Source: Eledone cirrhosa (lineage: Eukaryota). Taken from it: 64,000 nt of DNA. The stretch covers positions 84,568,001 to 84,632,000 of the forward strand of contig OZ024746.1 of NCBI GenBank assembly GCA_964016885.1, given 5' to 3'. A program made the translations under genes and the position numbers. Positions 31,042 through 47,499 of this stretch are shown in pieces; the first letter of the stretch is position 1, and each line of letters opens with the position of its first letter. A model generated the notes under the pieces. It did not search any database, was not told where the DNA came from, and worked only from the letters and a program-made list of their open reading frames with translations.

Positions 31042-31214
31042 GTATGCATATACATATATGCACATTTCGATACTCATTATATAGATAAGTACATCATACC
31101 TTATAGTCAATGTAATTTCTGAAAGAATAAACATATAGTATATACACACACATCTGTATGTGTGTATGTATATATATATATATATACATACATACACACA
31201 CATCTGTATGTGTG

Positions 31215-31256
<42 letters not shown>

Positions 31257-31276
31257 AACGCACACACATATATATA

Positions 31277-31307
<31 letters not shown>

Positions 31308-31601
31308 GTGTGTGTAGGTGTTTGTGTTTGCCTCTGTGCGTGTGTTTGTGTGTTCGTGTGTGTGTGTACGTGTGTGTATGTGTGTGTAGTGTATGTGTGT
31401 GTGTATGTGTTTGTATGTGTGTGTGTGTGCATGTCTGCGCCTGTATCTAAACATATGATGTATTTATATATGCAGATTTAGACCAAATAACTCAATAGAT
31501 GAATGAATGTTTATTGTTTTCATAAATAATATTTTCTTCATTATACTTATATGTATGCCTTTATACATACATCCACGCATACATATTTATGTATATATTA
31601 C

Positions 31602-31634
<33 letters not shown>

Positions 31635-31655
31635 CCTACCTACATATATAATATA

Positions 31656-31731
<76 letters not shown>

Positions 31732-31803
31732 CATATATTTTTGTCTATATCTATCAATCTTTTTCTCTCCCTCTCTTTCTGTATACAGGAACACTCTCAC
31801 ACC

Positions 31804-32525
<722 letters not shown>

Positions 32526-32709
32526 ACGTATATGTGCAGGATAACACTGAGTCTATGAAAACACACACACACACACGCGCACACACACGCGCACACACAC
32601 GCACACTCACACATATACACAGACTCTAGCTGTTTTGTAATGAAAGTAATATTTAAAGATGCTTTATATTAAAATACCGAAGAGACTTATGATGAATGTT
32701 GATATATAT

Positions 32710-32862
<153 letters not shown>

Positions 32863-33014
32863 TATATACATATATATATATATACATATATATATATCTA
32901 TATATATATCTATATATATATATATATATTAACACTCACACACACACATATATATATATATATATACACATATATTAACATATATATATCTATACCGATG
33001 CATATACACACACA

Positions 33015-33070
<56 letters not shown>

Positions 33071-33384
33071 CACATATATATGTATATATATATATACATA
33101 TATATATATGTATATGTGTATGTGTCTGTTTGTGTGTGTATGTATTTGTGTATATGTATATATATACATACTTATTCATATATATATGTTTGTATCTATA
33201 GGTAGGTACATGTATATATATTTATGTGTGTGTATATATTCATACACACTCACGCACACACACACACATATATATCTATTTATGTATATTAATTGAACAA
33301 CATATGTTTGGTGGTGGTGGGGAAAAGTATAAAGAAAACCAATAAAAAATTACACAAATTAATAACGAACAATAAACAAATATA

Positions 33385-33439
<55 letters not shown>

Positions 33440-33627
33440 CTTTAGTGTAAAGCGTAAAACTGCACTCAATTTACATAATATATATATATATATATTTATA
33501 TATAAATATATATTTATATATATATATATATTCATTTGTATATGCATATATATACACATATTCATTTATATATGCATATATATATATATATATATACACA
33601 CACATATTTTCATTTATACATATATTC

Positions 33628-33692
<65 letters not shown>

Positions 33693-33759
33693 CATACATA
33701 TATATGTATATATGTATTGTTATATATATGTATATATACTCAAACACACCTGTATATAT

Positions 33760-33974
<215 letters not shown>

Positions 33975-34114
33975 TATATACATATATATATACATATATA
34001 TATACATATATATATATATACATATACACATATATATATATACACATATATATATATATATACACATATATATATACACATATATATATATATATACACA
34101 TATATATATACACA

Positions 34115-34146
<32 letters not shown>

Positions 34147-34167
34147 CACATATATATATACACATAA

Positions 34168-34199
<32 letters not shown>

Positions 34200-34643
34200 C
34201 ATATATATATATACATATATATATACACATACATACATACATATATACATACATAGATACACATACACTCATGTACAGTCACACCCCTGCGCACTTATGA
34301 TGTATACATAATATACATCATATATTATATAATGTAAATAATATTCATAACCTTTAATAGAAAATATTCATGTTGTTAATCACATGTAAATAAGTGTTTC
34401 TCCTACTCCCCCCCTCCTCCCCTCTCTATTAATACTACTCTTTATATCTCACTTTCCCAACCTCTCTCCCTCTCTCACTTTCACTCACTCTCTCTCTTTC
34501 TCTTTTTCTAACTCATCGTCTCCATCCATTACACCCCACTTCTCCAACTCCTATAATATTGCTCTCTCTTACTCTGTCCTTCTTTTACTTACTGACTGAC
34601 ACACTCTCTACTTCTTTTTCTATTGTTGTTTCCCTTTCTTTTG

Positions 34644-34761
<118 letters not shown>

Positions 34762-34891
34762 GTATCTTTCTCTCACACGCAACCATATACTCTTTCTCTT
34801 ACACACATTATCATACTCACTAGCTCTCACACACGTACTCATAAAAATAAACATAAAGTGCATTTAAGTTTGAATATAAATATGTACACAC

Positions 34892-34964
<73 letters not shown>

Positions 34965-35046
34965 TATATACTTACATATACTTACATATATACTTATATA
35001 TATATATATATCCAAATAACTATATATGATTATACATATTTATATA

Positions 35047-35094
<48 letters not shown>

Positions 35095-35431
35095 CATACA
35101 CACACTTATAGATATACATGTGTGCGCGTGTGTGTGTTTTAAAGGAGTGTTGTAAAAATGGTATTGTCGGACACTTTTATCTCCCTCCTCTCACCCCCTC
35201 TCCCTCCTTCCCCTTCGCCTCCCTATTTTGTTACCGCCCCCCCTTCTTCCCCACCTCCTACACATCTTTCCACACCCTGATTTCAATACAATTGCTATCA
35301 TAATTACTTGTTCATTTATTTCACATTCTCTATTATCATCCCTCCGCTTATGATCCCCCCTACGGTATCTCTTCTCTTTCTATTTTGCCCCCCCCCCCGC
35401 ACACCTTCCTCTACAACTACATCACTATATT

Positions 35432-36152
<721 letters not shown>

Positions 36153-36254
36153 TCAAATACCGTCCTAACGTCCACAACAACAGCATCAACCACTATAACT
36201 ACACCAGTTAGACCAACACCACTCCTACCACAGCTACCAGCAGCACCAGCAGCA

Positions 36255-37205
36255 GCAGCACCACCACCACCACCAGCATCACGTCCACCACCGCCACCAC
36301 CAGCATCACGTCCACCAACACCACCACCAGCATCACGTCCACCAACACCACCACCAGCATCACGTCCACCACCACCACCACCACCAGCATCACGTCCACC
36401 ACCACCACCACCACCACCACCACCACCACCACCAGCATCACGTCCACCACCACCACCACCACCAGCATCACGTCCACCACCACCACCACCACCACCACCA
36501 CCACCAGCATCACGTCCACCACCACCACCACCACCACCACCAGCATCACGTCCACTACCACCACCACCACCACCACCACCACCAGAATCACGTCCACCAC
36601 CACCACCACCACCACCACCACCACCACCACCAGCATCACGTCCACCACCACCACCACCACTACCACCACCACCATCAGCATCACGTCCACCACCGCCACC
36701 ACCACCACCACCAGCATCACGTCCACCACCACCACCACCACCACCAGCATCACGTCCACCACCACCACCACCACCACCACCACCAGCATCACGTCCACCA
36801 CCACCACCACTACCACCACCACCACCACCACCATCAGCATCACGTCCACCACCGCCACCACCACCACCACCAGCATCACGTCCACCACCACCACCACCAG
36901 CATCACGTCCACCACCACCACCACCACCACCACCACCAGCATCACGTCCACCACCACCACCACCACCACCACCACCACCACCAGCATCACGTCCACCACC
37001 ACCACCATCACCACCACCACAACCACCACCACCACCAGCACCAGCATCACGTCCACCACCACCAGCACCAGCATCACGTCCACCACCACCACCAGCAGCA
37101 TCACGTACACCACCACCACCACCTCCACCACCTCCACCACCACCACCACCACCACCACCACCACCACCACCACCAGCAGCATCACGTCCACTACCACCAC
37201 CACCA
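36255..37205. repeat. Compound minisatellite [GCATCACGT(CCA)n]
   Basis: More than 25 units of CAGCATCACGT plus a variable (CCA)n; source of the ASRPPPP and DVMLVVV pseudo-ORFs. Confidence 0.93.
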
Positions 37206-37513
37206 AAGAAAGAAAAATTTCAGAGCTGTGAAACTCTGCTATTATTTCGTTCCTGGTATCTTTCCCAGTGCCGTAGTTGTTGTTGTCGTCGTTATTCTGG
37301 TGAAAACAGTCGTTGTTTAAACGAAGCATTGATGTTAATATTTGCATTATACAGACCATGTTTAAAGTTATACAACGGAATAGCAACAGAGAATCACTGG
37401 AGATTAATGTACTATGAATAATATCATCCAAAACAGGCTTGGTTCTCCCAAAACACTGCTGCTAATTGTCTAAAATATCATTATAATCCTTTGTTCTGTG
37501 AGCATAAAATACC

Positions 37514-37544
<31 letters not shown>

Positions 37545-37657
37545 ATATATATATATGCACGTGTGTGTGTGTGTATATACATATATATATACACACACAT
37601 ACATACATACATATATATTTATATATATATATGTATGTATATGCACATATATATTAT

Positions 37658-37707
<50 letters not shown>

Positions 37708-37889
37708 GTAAATGTATATATATATACACACGTGTATATATATATATACATATGTGTATATATATATATGTGTATATATATATATATATATACAATAAGA
37801 ACAAAGTGGAGGTGTTACATATGAGATTTATTGCTCAACCCGGTTACAAATGTTTCCCAGGTAGCTGGCTCGTGATCTGGGAACCTTTT

Positions 37890-38011
<122 letters not shown>

Positions 38012-38092
38012 TAATATATATTAAGGCGTGCGCTAGCAGCCAAAGTGTATGATAAAGTTATCTACAGAGTGTGTAACTAGGACTGCACCAAC

Positions 38093-38168
<76 letters not shown>

Positions 38169-38251
38169 AAGGTATATATTGAGTTAGAAACTCAAAATAG
38201 TCTCTTACAATTAAATAGCTCAAAGAAAGAGGTTTTTCTGAGCCGTGTAAT

Positions 38252-38470
<219 letters not shown>

Positions 38471-38473
38471 TTA

Positions 38474-38618
38474 TTAAAATAACAGATTAAAGTTTAAGCA
38501 AAGAATCGCTGCTTTCACCCTTAACGGGATCTTCTGAAACTAAAAAAGTCAATCTGTGAACGCAGAAATAAATATTATCGAGCCCTCTTTGGATTTTAGT
38601 CTTCAAATTCATTATTAT

Positions 38619-38622
<4 letters not shown>
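38474..38622. mobile_element. Short repeat embedded in (TA)n (second copy at 48295-48356)
   Basis: Both copies begin TTAAAATAACAGATTAAAGTTTAAGCAAAGAA.CGCTGCTTT, end ATTATTACT, and lie between (TA)n tracts. Confidence 0.6.
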
Positions 38623-38692
<70 letters not shown>

Positions 38693-39206
38693 ATAATGTA
38701 TCATACACTTCGGCTCCTCTGTGCATATATGTGTGTATACATATACATGTATATAAATAATAATGATAATATTAATAATAATAATTATCTTTATTTGTTT
38801 CATTCAGTGTACTGAGTTGCCGAGATTTCATTTGAAAGTAGAAAGACTTAGATGAGATATACCAAGTCATCTGGCCGATCTTCTAACGATTCTGCAATTC
38901 ACCACTATAATCATTAATAGGATGACGAGGATTTACAAGTTCAGTTAAAATTATTTCAGAATAGATTTTATTTTGGCATTTATGTACAAAAGTGTCGTAA
39001 GTGACAGATAGGGAACGGGTCAATCATTGGTTCACTGCGTTTCTAATAATGAGAGTGACAAGAAAGTAACGGGAACTCACTAGAGAGGACAATATTCTCA
39101 CAAAGGGCTTCTCCCTAAGAATCGCTGATGTTTCGCCGACATTTATCTACATCAACGGTATAGAACGGCAAATGATATAATTATATACGCACGCACACAC
39201 ACACAC

Positions 39207-39302
<96 letters not shown>

Positions 39303-39304
39303 GT

Positions 39305-40012
39305 CGGTGGATGGTCTGTCAGAATACTTTGCTGATCTAAAGTCGAATTTCAGCTTAACATCAAAGTTATCCCACCTTTTAACCTTGGACGTCTTTACTG
39401 TCGCTGATGTAACTTTTCGCGCCTGTTTTTACCGCGAGTCCAAGAAGGAAGACTTATTTCTAAGCCCCAAACTGTAAGCATCCTTCTTTGCTCGGACGGC
39501 ATCTTTAACGTCCTGATCCTCCCCCCACTCTGCGACACACCAAATCGCTTTCACATGCCCTATTTAAAGCTGGAACCAAAACTGCCGATCCGAACATTCC
39601 CCACTGTTTCGATTTCCTCAGTTTGTTCAGAGAGTTCTCTGAATTTGGATGCAGTTGCAACCGCATACATTGTCCTGGCCTTCTCATTAGCCAGAGCTTC
39701 CCTCTTTATACTGCATGTCGAGCTGTACCTGCCAGTTTTGTGGGTTTTCTTGACTTTAGGTAGTCTCAGATTACAGACAACAAGATGGTGGTCAGTTGAC
39801 AGCCCAGCCCCTCTCTTAACACGAATATCAAGCTCAAAATTGAAGAGATCAGAGACAAAAAAAAATAAAAAAAAATAATAATCAATTGCTGATCTCTTCC
39901 CAACTTTCCTTATACCATGTATATTTTGGATATCTATGAGCTGGGAAAAGGTGTTCATAACAGAGAGCTTATTACTAGAACAAAAAGCTAATAAAGTCTC
40001 TCGATTCGCATA
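39305..40012 (-). mobile_element. RTE LINE fragment (endonuclease end and linker)
   Basis: 'NRETLLAFCSSNKLSVMNTF...SAIDY...DIRVKRGAGLSTDHHLVVCNLRL'. Confidence 0.9.
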
Positions 40013-40108
40013 AGGAAATTGTCTCTCTTCAGAGAGGTTCATACGAGTTAGAGAGAATACCTTGCTCATCAAATTTCGGTTACAACAATATCTTCTGGTG
40101 TACAAGAA

Positions 40109-40755
40109 ATGCATCTAGGGGCGGAGACTAATCTCTCGATGGATGAGATCATCAGAGCAATTAAAGTAGTAAAATGTGGAAAGACGTCTGGGGAGGATGA
40201 AATTTGGCCCAATATGTTAAAAGCATTAAATAAGGAAGTTTTGCTGTGGTTGATTTGTGGGGGTCAGTTGGTCTGGATCTCTGGAAAGACACCAAAGCAA
40301 TAACAACCAGGAATGATAATGCCAATCCTCAAGAAGAGAGTCGAGAGAGATTGCTCAAATTATAGAAGAATCTTTGTTCAGTCTACCCAGCAAACTATAC
40401 GCTAGGTGTCTGGCAAAAACATGTTGGGATATTGTAAACTTCTAGTTAGCTGACAATAGTGTGACTTTTGATCTGGACATAACACAACCGACCAAATATT
40501 CACTCTGCAACAGGTTGTGGCAGCATTGCCAAAAGATGTATGATTGTTTAGTTGACGGGACCCTAATTGTCGAGCTCATCGCAGTGGACTCTAGACACTG
40601 ATCACTGATCTCTGACCTCAATCAGGCGAACAACTACAATCTGAAACCTCAACAGTCTCATACGTAAGAAGAAAAAGAAGTTTCGTGGATCCCAAAGAAT
40701 CACACGTGTAAAGGGACATGTTGTGGAAGGTTCAGCAGGAGTATGGCATATATGT
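40109..40755 (+). mobile_element. RTE LINE RT-domain N-terminal fragment, decayed
   Basis: 'EIIRAIK..KCGKTSGEDEIWPNMLK', 'PILKK...DCSNYR', 'TTDQIFTLQQ', 'FVD...LWKVQQEYGI'. Confidence 0.88.
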
Positions 40756-41414
40756 ATATAACTTTGATAACTTTGATTTTGGCCAGTATTGGTCAAGCTC
40801 ACGTCTAATATCATGGATATTTCTACGCATTAAAGACAAGATATCTAACCCCAGTGCGTCAGTAACTAAAGGAAGTTATTGGGAAAAAAGGGAGAGAGAG
40901 AAAAAATATATATAACAGAAGGGAAAAGGGAAGAAAAAGGAAAAAAACAGCGAACAAAAACGGGAAACAACAAACTGAAGAGGGAAACCCGATGCACACA
41001 CGTGTGTGAGCAACTCGAAGATGATATATTATATAAATCAAAAACCAAGGACCTAACGAGAATTACAAAAATAGTGGTATGTTCTATTGTCTTCCGCGCG
41101 TTTGTTGAATATCAACAAAGAACCAGCGGAAATGGAAGACACCCCAGCGTTGCTAACTAAATCAGCGTTTTTCGCCATCATATCTGGTGTTTAATCGAAT
41201 ATCTGCTGATCAACAGGCACGCTGAGTTTACATATAGCACATCCACATTGACTAGAATTTTGTTTGTTTGTTTGTAGGCTTGTGTATGTGTGTGTGTATG
41301 TGTGTGACTGTGTATGTATTCAAACTCACGCACACGCATATATATATATATATATATATATATTGACACATGTCTATACGTATGAATATGTATATATATG
41401 TACATATGTATATA

Positions 41415-41485
<71 letters not shown>

Positions 41486-41497
<12 letters not shown>

Positions 41498-41508
41498 TTA
41501 TATAGACA

Positions 41509-41551
<43 letters not shown>

Positions 41552-41562
41552 TTATATAGACA

Positions 41563-41605
<43 letters not shown>

Positions 41606-41618
41606 TTATATAGACATC

Positions 41619-41649
<31 letters not shown>

Positions 41650-41668
41650 ATATATTTATATAGACATC

Positions 41669-41699
<31 letters not shown>

Positions 41700-41720
41700 A
41701 TATATATTTATATAGACATC

Positions 41721-41751
<31 letters not shown>

Positions 41752-41790
41752 ATATATTTATATAGACATCTATATATATATATATATATA
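41486..41790. repeat. Minisatellite of TTTATATAGACATC plus (TA)n, 6 units
   Basis: Read directly. Confidence 0.9.
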
Positions 41791-41993
41791 TTATATATAG
41801 GTATATAGGTCGTTTTCCCCCTAAATTCTAGAAAACCGCAACAATAGCCTACTGTGATTAACGAACAACGCCACATCCTACTGGGTATTGAAATGTTATT
41901 ACAGTAAAAATAGTCGCATGATGGGATAATACACACACATATATAGTGTTGTATATAGACATATATGAATACCATATTATATAGACATATACA

Positions 41994-42067
41994 CAGGATT
42001 TATACAAAAAACGTACACACATATTTATTAGAATACTGTTAAAGTGGTATACACTTTTTGGGACACC

Positions 42068-42072
<5 letters not shown>
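41994..42072. mobile_element. Small Tc1/mariner-type MITE remnant
   Basis: The right end TTTTTGGGACACCCTG|TA is a mariner-like TIR. The left end CAGGATTTATACAAAAAA is degenerate. Confidence 0.45.
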
Positions 42073-42123
<51 letters not shown>

Positions 42124-42782
42124 AGCTCAAATTGAATGTATGTATAATGGTATGTAGAAAGAAAATGTCGGCTAACTAAACATATATCAGATGACATCTT
42201 TCTATTGTTCACTTCGTCATTAATTTTCGTTTCCTAGAGTTTACATAGAGATTTTAGGTTGAGTTTTATTATATATTGATTCGTATATAAGTTCACATAT
42301 ATTTACGTATAACTGACTACCGAGATACATACACACCGTCTTCTACAGAACCTTCATCTATATAAACGTATATACAGATTTAATACTTCCATGTTGTTCC
42401 ATTCAGGGACAGACTCAAAAGAGTGCACACAGAGTTAATAGCTTTAAATCTATCATCCGGTACATTGCATATGTGTGGTTGCATATACGTTCATATATTT
42501 ACATATGTATGTAAAGTATGTATGTATGTATGTATGTATGTATGTATGTATGTATGTATGTATGTATGTATGTATGTATGTATGTATGTATGTACGTAAG
42601 TATGTAGGTAGGTATGCATATTGTATATATGTATGTACGTTTGTATATATGTATATATGTATGTATGTATGCATGTTGTATGTATATATGTATGTATAAA
42701 TGTTTGTATGTATGTAAGTATGTAAGTATGTAGGTAAGTATGCATGTTGTATGTACATGTATGTATGTATGTATGTATGTAT

Positions 42783-43298
42783 GAGGGTGACTTTGGACAT
42801 CCTGCAGGACTAAAAACAAAACCTGTCAAAGGGCAAAGGAGCTCGTAAGAGTCAATGGCCATCCAAAATCACCGGGAGAGATGACCCCTTAGCCTTTGTC
42901 AAGGCAGAATTCTAGGAGAAGGAAAACTCTGATATAACACCTGCAACCCTGATGGTATCCAATGATGTTGACTTGTTCTTCTTTTTGGTAAATATCATCT
43001 CTGTTAAGAGAGTGGGACTGGTTTTGTGCAGTGCCTTTGCTCACTATAAAAGCTTCACGGCACAGGCATTGATTTATATCTGGAGATCTCTCTGCACTTG
43101 TCGTCACATGGTACCATGGGCCCAGCACTATGTGTCAATAATTGTCACAAGTGTAGTGTTTGTACCAGAGTTTTCAAGTCGCTGGCTGGACTAAAAAGTC
43201 ACACTCGTTCAGCGCATCGGTAGGGGTTCTCCTACATGGATATAAAGTAGTGGCCGTACTCGAAAACGAGTTGGCAGCCACCATGTATGTATGTATGT
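42783..43298 (+). mobile_element. Internally deleted (bipartite) non-autonomous RTE element with (TATG)n tail
   Basis: RTE 5' UTR motif CTAGGAGAAGGAAAACTCTGA at 42912-42932, a terminal 'CSVCTRVFKSLAGLKSHTR' zinc finger, then a short 3' UTR and TATG repeats. Confidence 0.7.
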
Positions 43299-43473
43299 AA
43301 AAATGCAGAATATTCCATCGAAACGTTCTGTAAGCGGAATAGTAAACATTTCTAAAATTCAACAAGACTTTCTTTACATTTGTTATCAACATTTTGTGTT
43401 GGACTTTCGCTTCTTTGCTAGAATGCATTCTCTCCTGTATAGGAAACATGCACTGAATTAAAAAAAGAGAAGT

Positions 43474-43543
43474 GAGAAAAACCACAAACCCTCCACCTCA
43501 ATTCTACTTTTGTAGAAACTGGTAAAGGAAACAAATAAATATT
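43474..43543 (+). mobile_element. Decayed third copy of the 5' part of the dual-hammerhead element
   Basis: GAGAAAAACCACAAACCCTCCACCTCAATTCTACTTTTGTA-GAAACTGGTAAAGGAAACAAATAAATAT; stem II is deleted. Confidence 0.75.
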
Positions 43544-43606
43544 CTTAAAAAGACTCCAGTTGCATTTTCGATTTCATTTCCCACTCTTAGTACGGCTGTT
43601 ACTTAA

Positions 43607-43888
43607 ATATAAGTATGTACACGTACATACATATATGTATACCGACGTACAGTAGTATGTATATATATATACACATACATGCACACATATATATATGCAC
43701 GTATGGATTCACCGAACATTTATTATAATGCTCGGTGTGTTTGTAAACAAACACACCGAGCATTATAATAAATGTTCGGTGAATCCATACGTGCATATAT
43801 ATATGTGTGCATGTATGTGTATATATATATATATACATACTACTGTACGTCGGTATACATATATGTATGTACGTGTACATACTTATAT
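43607..43888. repeat. Near-perfect palindrome, arms of about 140 bp with a 2-nt spacer
   Basis: Centre GTGTGTTTGT aa ACAAACACAC at 43745-43746. The arms differ only in an internal (TA)n length. Confidence 0.95.
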
Positions 43889-43906
43889 ATATATATATAT
43901 ATATAC

Positions 43907-44013
<107 letters not shown>

Positions 44014-44056
44014 GTATATATATATGTATATATATATGTATATATATATGTATATA

Positions 44057-44149
<93 letters not shown>

Positions 44150-44168
44150 GTATATATATATGTATATA

Positions 44169-44421
<253 letters not shown>

Positions 44422-44491
44422 CTATAGAGCAGTTTGGGTATGATATATCTTATTACTAATTATATCTAATGTTTCTTCTCTCTTCATAATG

Positions 44492-44530
<39 letters not shown>

Positions 44531-44666
44531 CATACGTTCACACGCCCGCACCTATACTCCTATACTCCTATACTCGTACACACATATATATACTTACATA
44601 CATACATCATACATACATACATGTATACATACATATTTAAACACATACACATGCACACGTGCATAC

Positions 44667-45127
44667 ATCTTCTTCGACACCTAACTGGCGATTGGTGGAG
44701 GCTGTCCCCTCAACCAATACGCTGCTGTGGGTACCGCTGGATAATGGACTCCGAGGATGATGTTCTTCCATGCTTTTCTATTTATGGCGCTGACCTTAGC
44801 ATGGTCGAGATCCAGGAGCTGTGGTTTCACGACCACTTCGGTTTGTTTCGCCCACGTCTTCTTCAGTGCGCTGCGCTGGATTCTCCAGTGAAGAGGTCGC
44901 TATCGTGACAAAAGTTGGTGTGATAGTATTCCGATGCTCATCCTGCAGATGTGGCCAAACCAATGTAGCCTGCGTTGCCGGATTTGGTATTCAATGGTCA
45001 GTTGCAGCTGGCATTGTCCTCCGATGTTGTTGTCTGACGAAGACATCGCATTTGGAACACCTCGGGCTTGTTCAGGTCTTGTTTGAAGATGGTCCAGGTC
45101 TCACCGCTGTTGAGCAGGACGGGTAAG
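44667..45127 (-). mobile_element. RTE LINE 3' fragment with (GAA) tail
   Basis: 'VLPVLLNSGETWTI...EVFQMRCLR' and 'QRRLHWFGHICRM'. Confidence 0.85.
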
Positions 45128-45223
45128 ACAAACATGCATACATACATCCTTGTAAGCATACATACATACACACATGCATACATTTATACATACATGCATA
45201 TATAAACACACACGTAAATTCAT

Positions 45224-46020
45224 ACATGCACAATACACAAACACACACAATCGCACACACACACACACACACATATGCACAATACACAAACACACACAAT
45301 CGCACACACACATGCACAATACACAAACACACACAATCGCGCACACACACACACACACACATATGCACAATACACAAACACACACAATCGCACACACACA
45401 CACACACACATATGCACAATACACAAACACACACAATCGCACACACACACACACACACACACATATGCACAATACACAAACACACACACACACACACACA
45501 CACAATCGTACACACACATGCACAATACACAAACACACACAATCGCACACACACACACACACACACATGCACAATACACAAACACACACAATCGCACACA
45601 CACACACACACACATATGCACAATACACAAACACACACAATCGCACACACACACACACACACACACATATGCACAATACACAAACACACACACACACACA
45701 CACACACAATCGTACACACACATGCACAATACACAAACACACACAATCGCACACACACACACACACACACACACATGCACAATACACAAACACACACAAT
45801 CGCACACACACACACACACACATATGCACAATACACAAACACACACAATCGCACACACACACACACACACATATGCACAATACACAAACACACACAATCG
45901 CACACACACACACACACACACACACATATGCACAATACACAAACACACACACACACACACACACACAATCGCACACACACATGCACAATACACAAACACA
46001 CACAATCGCACACACACACA
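45224..46020. repeat. (CA)n-derived minisatellite ATGCACAATACACAAACACACACAATCG(CA)n
   Basis: About 17 units with a variable CA tract. Confidence 0.95.
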
Positions 46021-46336
46021 TATATTCACACATAGTCAGAAATATTCTCTACATACCAATACACTGTCACATATCTAGGAACTATATATATTTTCTTGCC
46101 TTCTGTTCTTCCGTATTTCTCGTTACTATCACTTATGAACGAAAACACACGACAGACCAGCTGTGGGATAAGATAACAGTCACTGCGGCGCTCCCCTGCC
46201 GTTCGGATAGGGAGAATTGGGGGTGGTTATTGTCAATACATTAACTGTTTGTTATGTTTATCTTCAGCCAACGATTAACGAGATATTCATTTACAGAGGC
46301 CGGATACGGTTCATTCAACTGTTTGCTCTGCAACTA

Positions 46337-46401
<65 letters not shown>

Positions 46402-46590
46402 CTGGAGATGAGGGTTGCACATTTTTTTTCGGGGGTATGTGTTACCCATATAAACTGTCTCCCTCTATTGGGGAAAATCGACTAACTTTTTAAATTCCAT
46501 TTGTGATAACATTTTACACGTTTTTATTGTATGTAAACTTCCCCCTTTGTATTTGTCCCCTTCTTTTGTGCCCCTGTGGCTAATAAAGAA

Positions 46591-46591
<1 letters not shown>
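46402..46591 (+). mobile_element. Tx1/L1-like 3' UTR inserted in (TATC)n
   Basis: Nearly identical to 26948-27139, with (TATC)n on both sides. Confidence 0.75.
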
Positions 46592-46636
<45 letters not shown>

Positions 46637-47059
46637 TTATTATCTATATATCTATCTCCCTGTCGGTTTGTCTGTCTATCTGTCTATCTATCTGCCTGTC
46701 TCTTTGACTGTCTCTTTACCAGTATACCTCTTTTTCATGTGTCTGTGCTCAAGTGCGCGCGTGTGTGTGTGTGCATGTATGTGTCTGTGTGTGTATGTGT
46801 GTTTGTGCATGTATGTGTGTGCGTGTGTGTGTGTGTGTGTGTGTACGCGTCTATCTGTGTTTCTGTGCTACATTTGCACATATCTTGAGATATATTTGCC
46901 GGGAATTAGTGAAGTCCACTACATCAGATGTTGGTAATATGGAAGAGCACTCAGTCCAGAGAAAGGAAAACTATGTACTGTATTTAGAGAGGTGCTCTAA
47001 CAATACGTATTATGCTATTGCCTAGGTCCTTTGCTAAGTAAATCGATTTAAATACGCAT

Positions 47060-47442
47060 AAAGATAGACTGATTAATATAATATTGAATTGTAATTTAAA
47101 CATAAAGCCAGAAAATGTTTAGGGGAGAACAATGTTGGTTAATTCAGCATTAGTGCTTGACTGCTACTTTATTTTATCGGCGTCCTAAGGATTAAAAGGC
47201 AAAGTTGACCCCAGCGGGAATTTGAACTCAGAACTTAAAGAGCTATAACTAAATGCTGGAAAGTTTTTTGTCCAATTCACTAACAATTCACTAACAATTC
47301 TGTTAATAATATATGGTTTCTGATTTATACACAAGGCCAACAATTTTGGCGAGGGGAATATCGATTATATTGATCCCAGTGTGCTTTATTTTATCGACCT
47401 CGTAAGGATGAGAGGCAAAGTTAATCTTGGTGGTGAACTCAG
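47060..47442 (-). mobile_element. Two degenerate Nin-core SINEs
   Basis: TTTATTTTATCG..., AAAGGCAAAGTT, GAACTCAG motifs occur twice. Confidence 0.75.
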
Positions 47443-47499
47443 TAATAAGTTGAGGACATCAGGAGCGAAGAAAAAAATTACCATTTGATTAGTAAATCA

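Noticed and set aside
40975-41010. CTGAAGA-GGGaaaCCC followed by a CACACACGTGTGTG palindrome
   Set aside because: GATG replaces GAAA, and there is no UH site or stem I.
41055-41250. Short minus-strand ATG-initiated frame (MMAKNADLV...)
   Set aside because: Only about 42 codons, with no recognisable homology or splice support.
41850-41906. TACTGT...GAAA-TGTTA-TT-ACAGTA hammerhead-like frame
   Set aside because: Stem I is good, but the core (GATTAACGA) and stem II are too degenerate.
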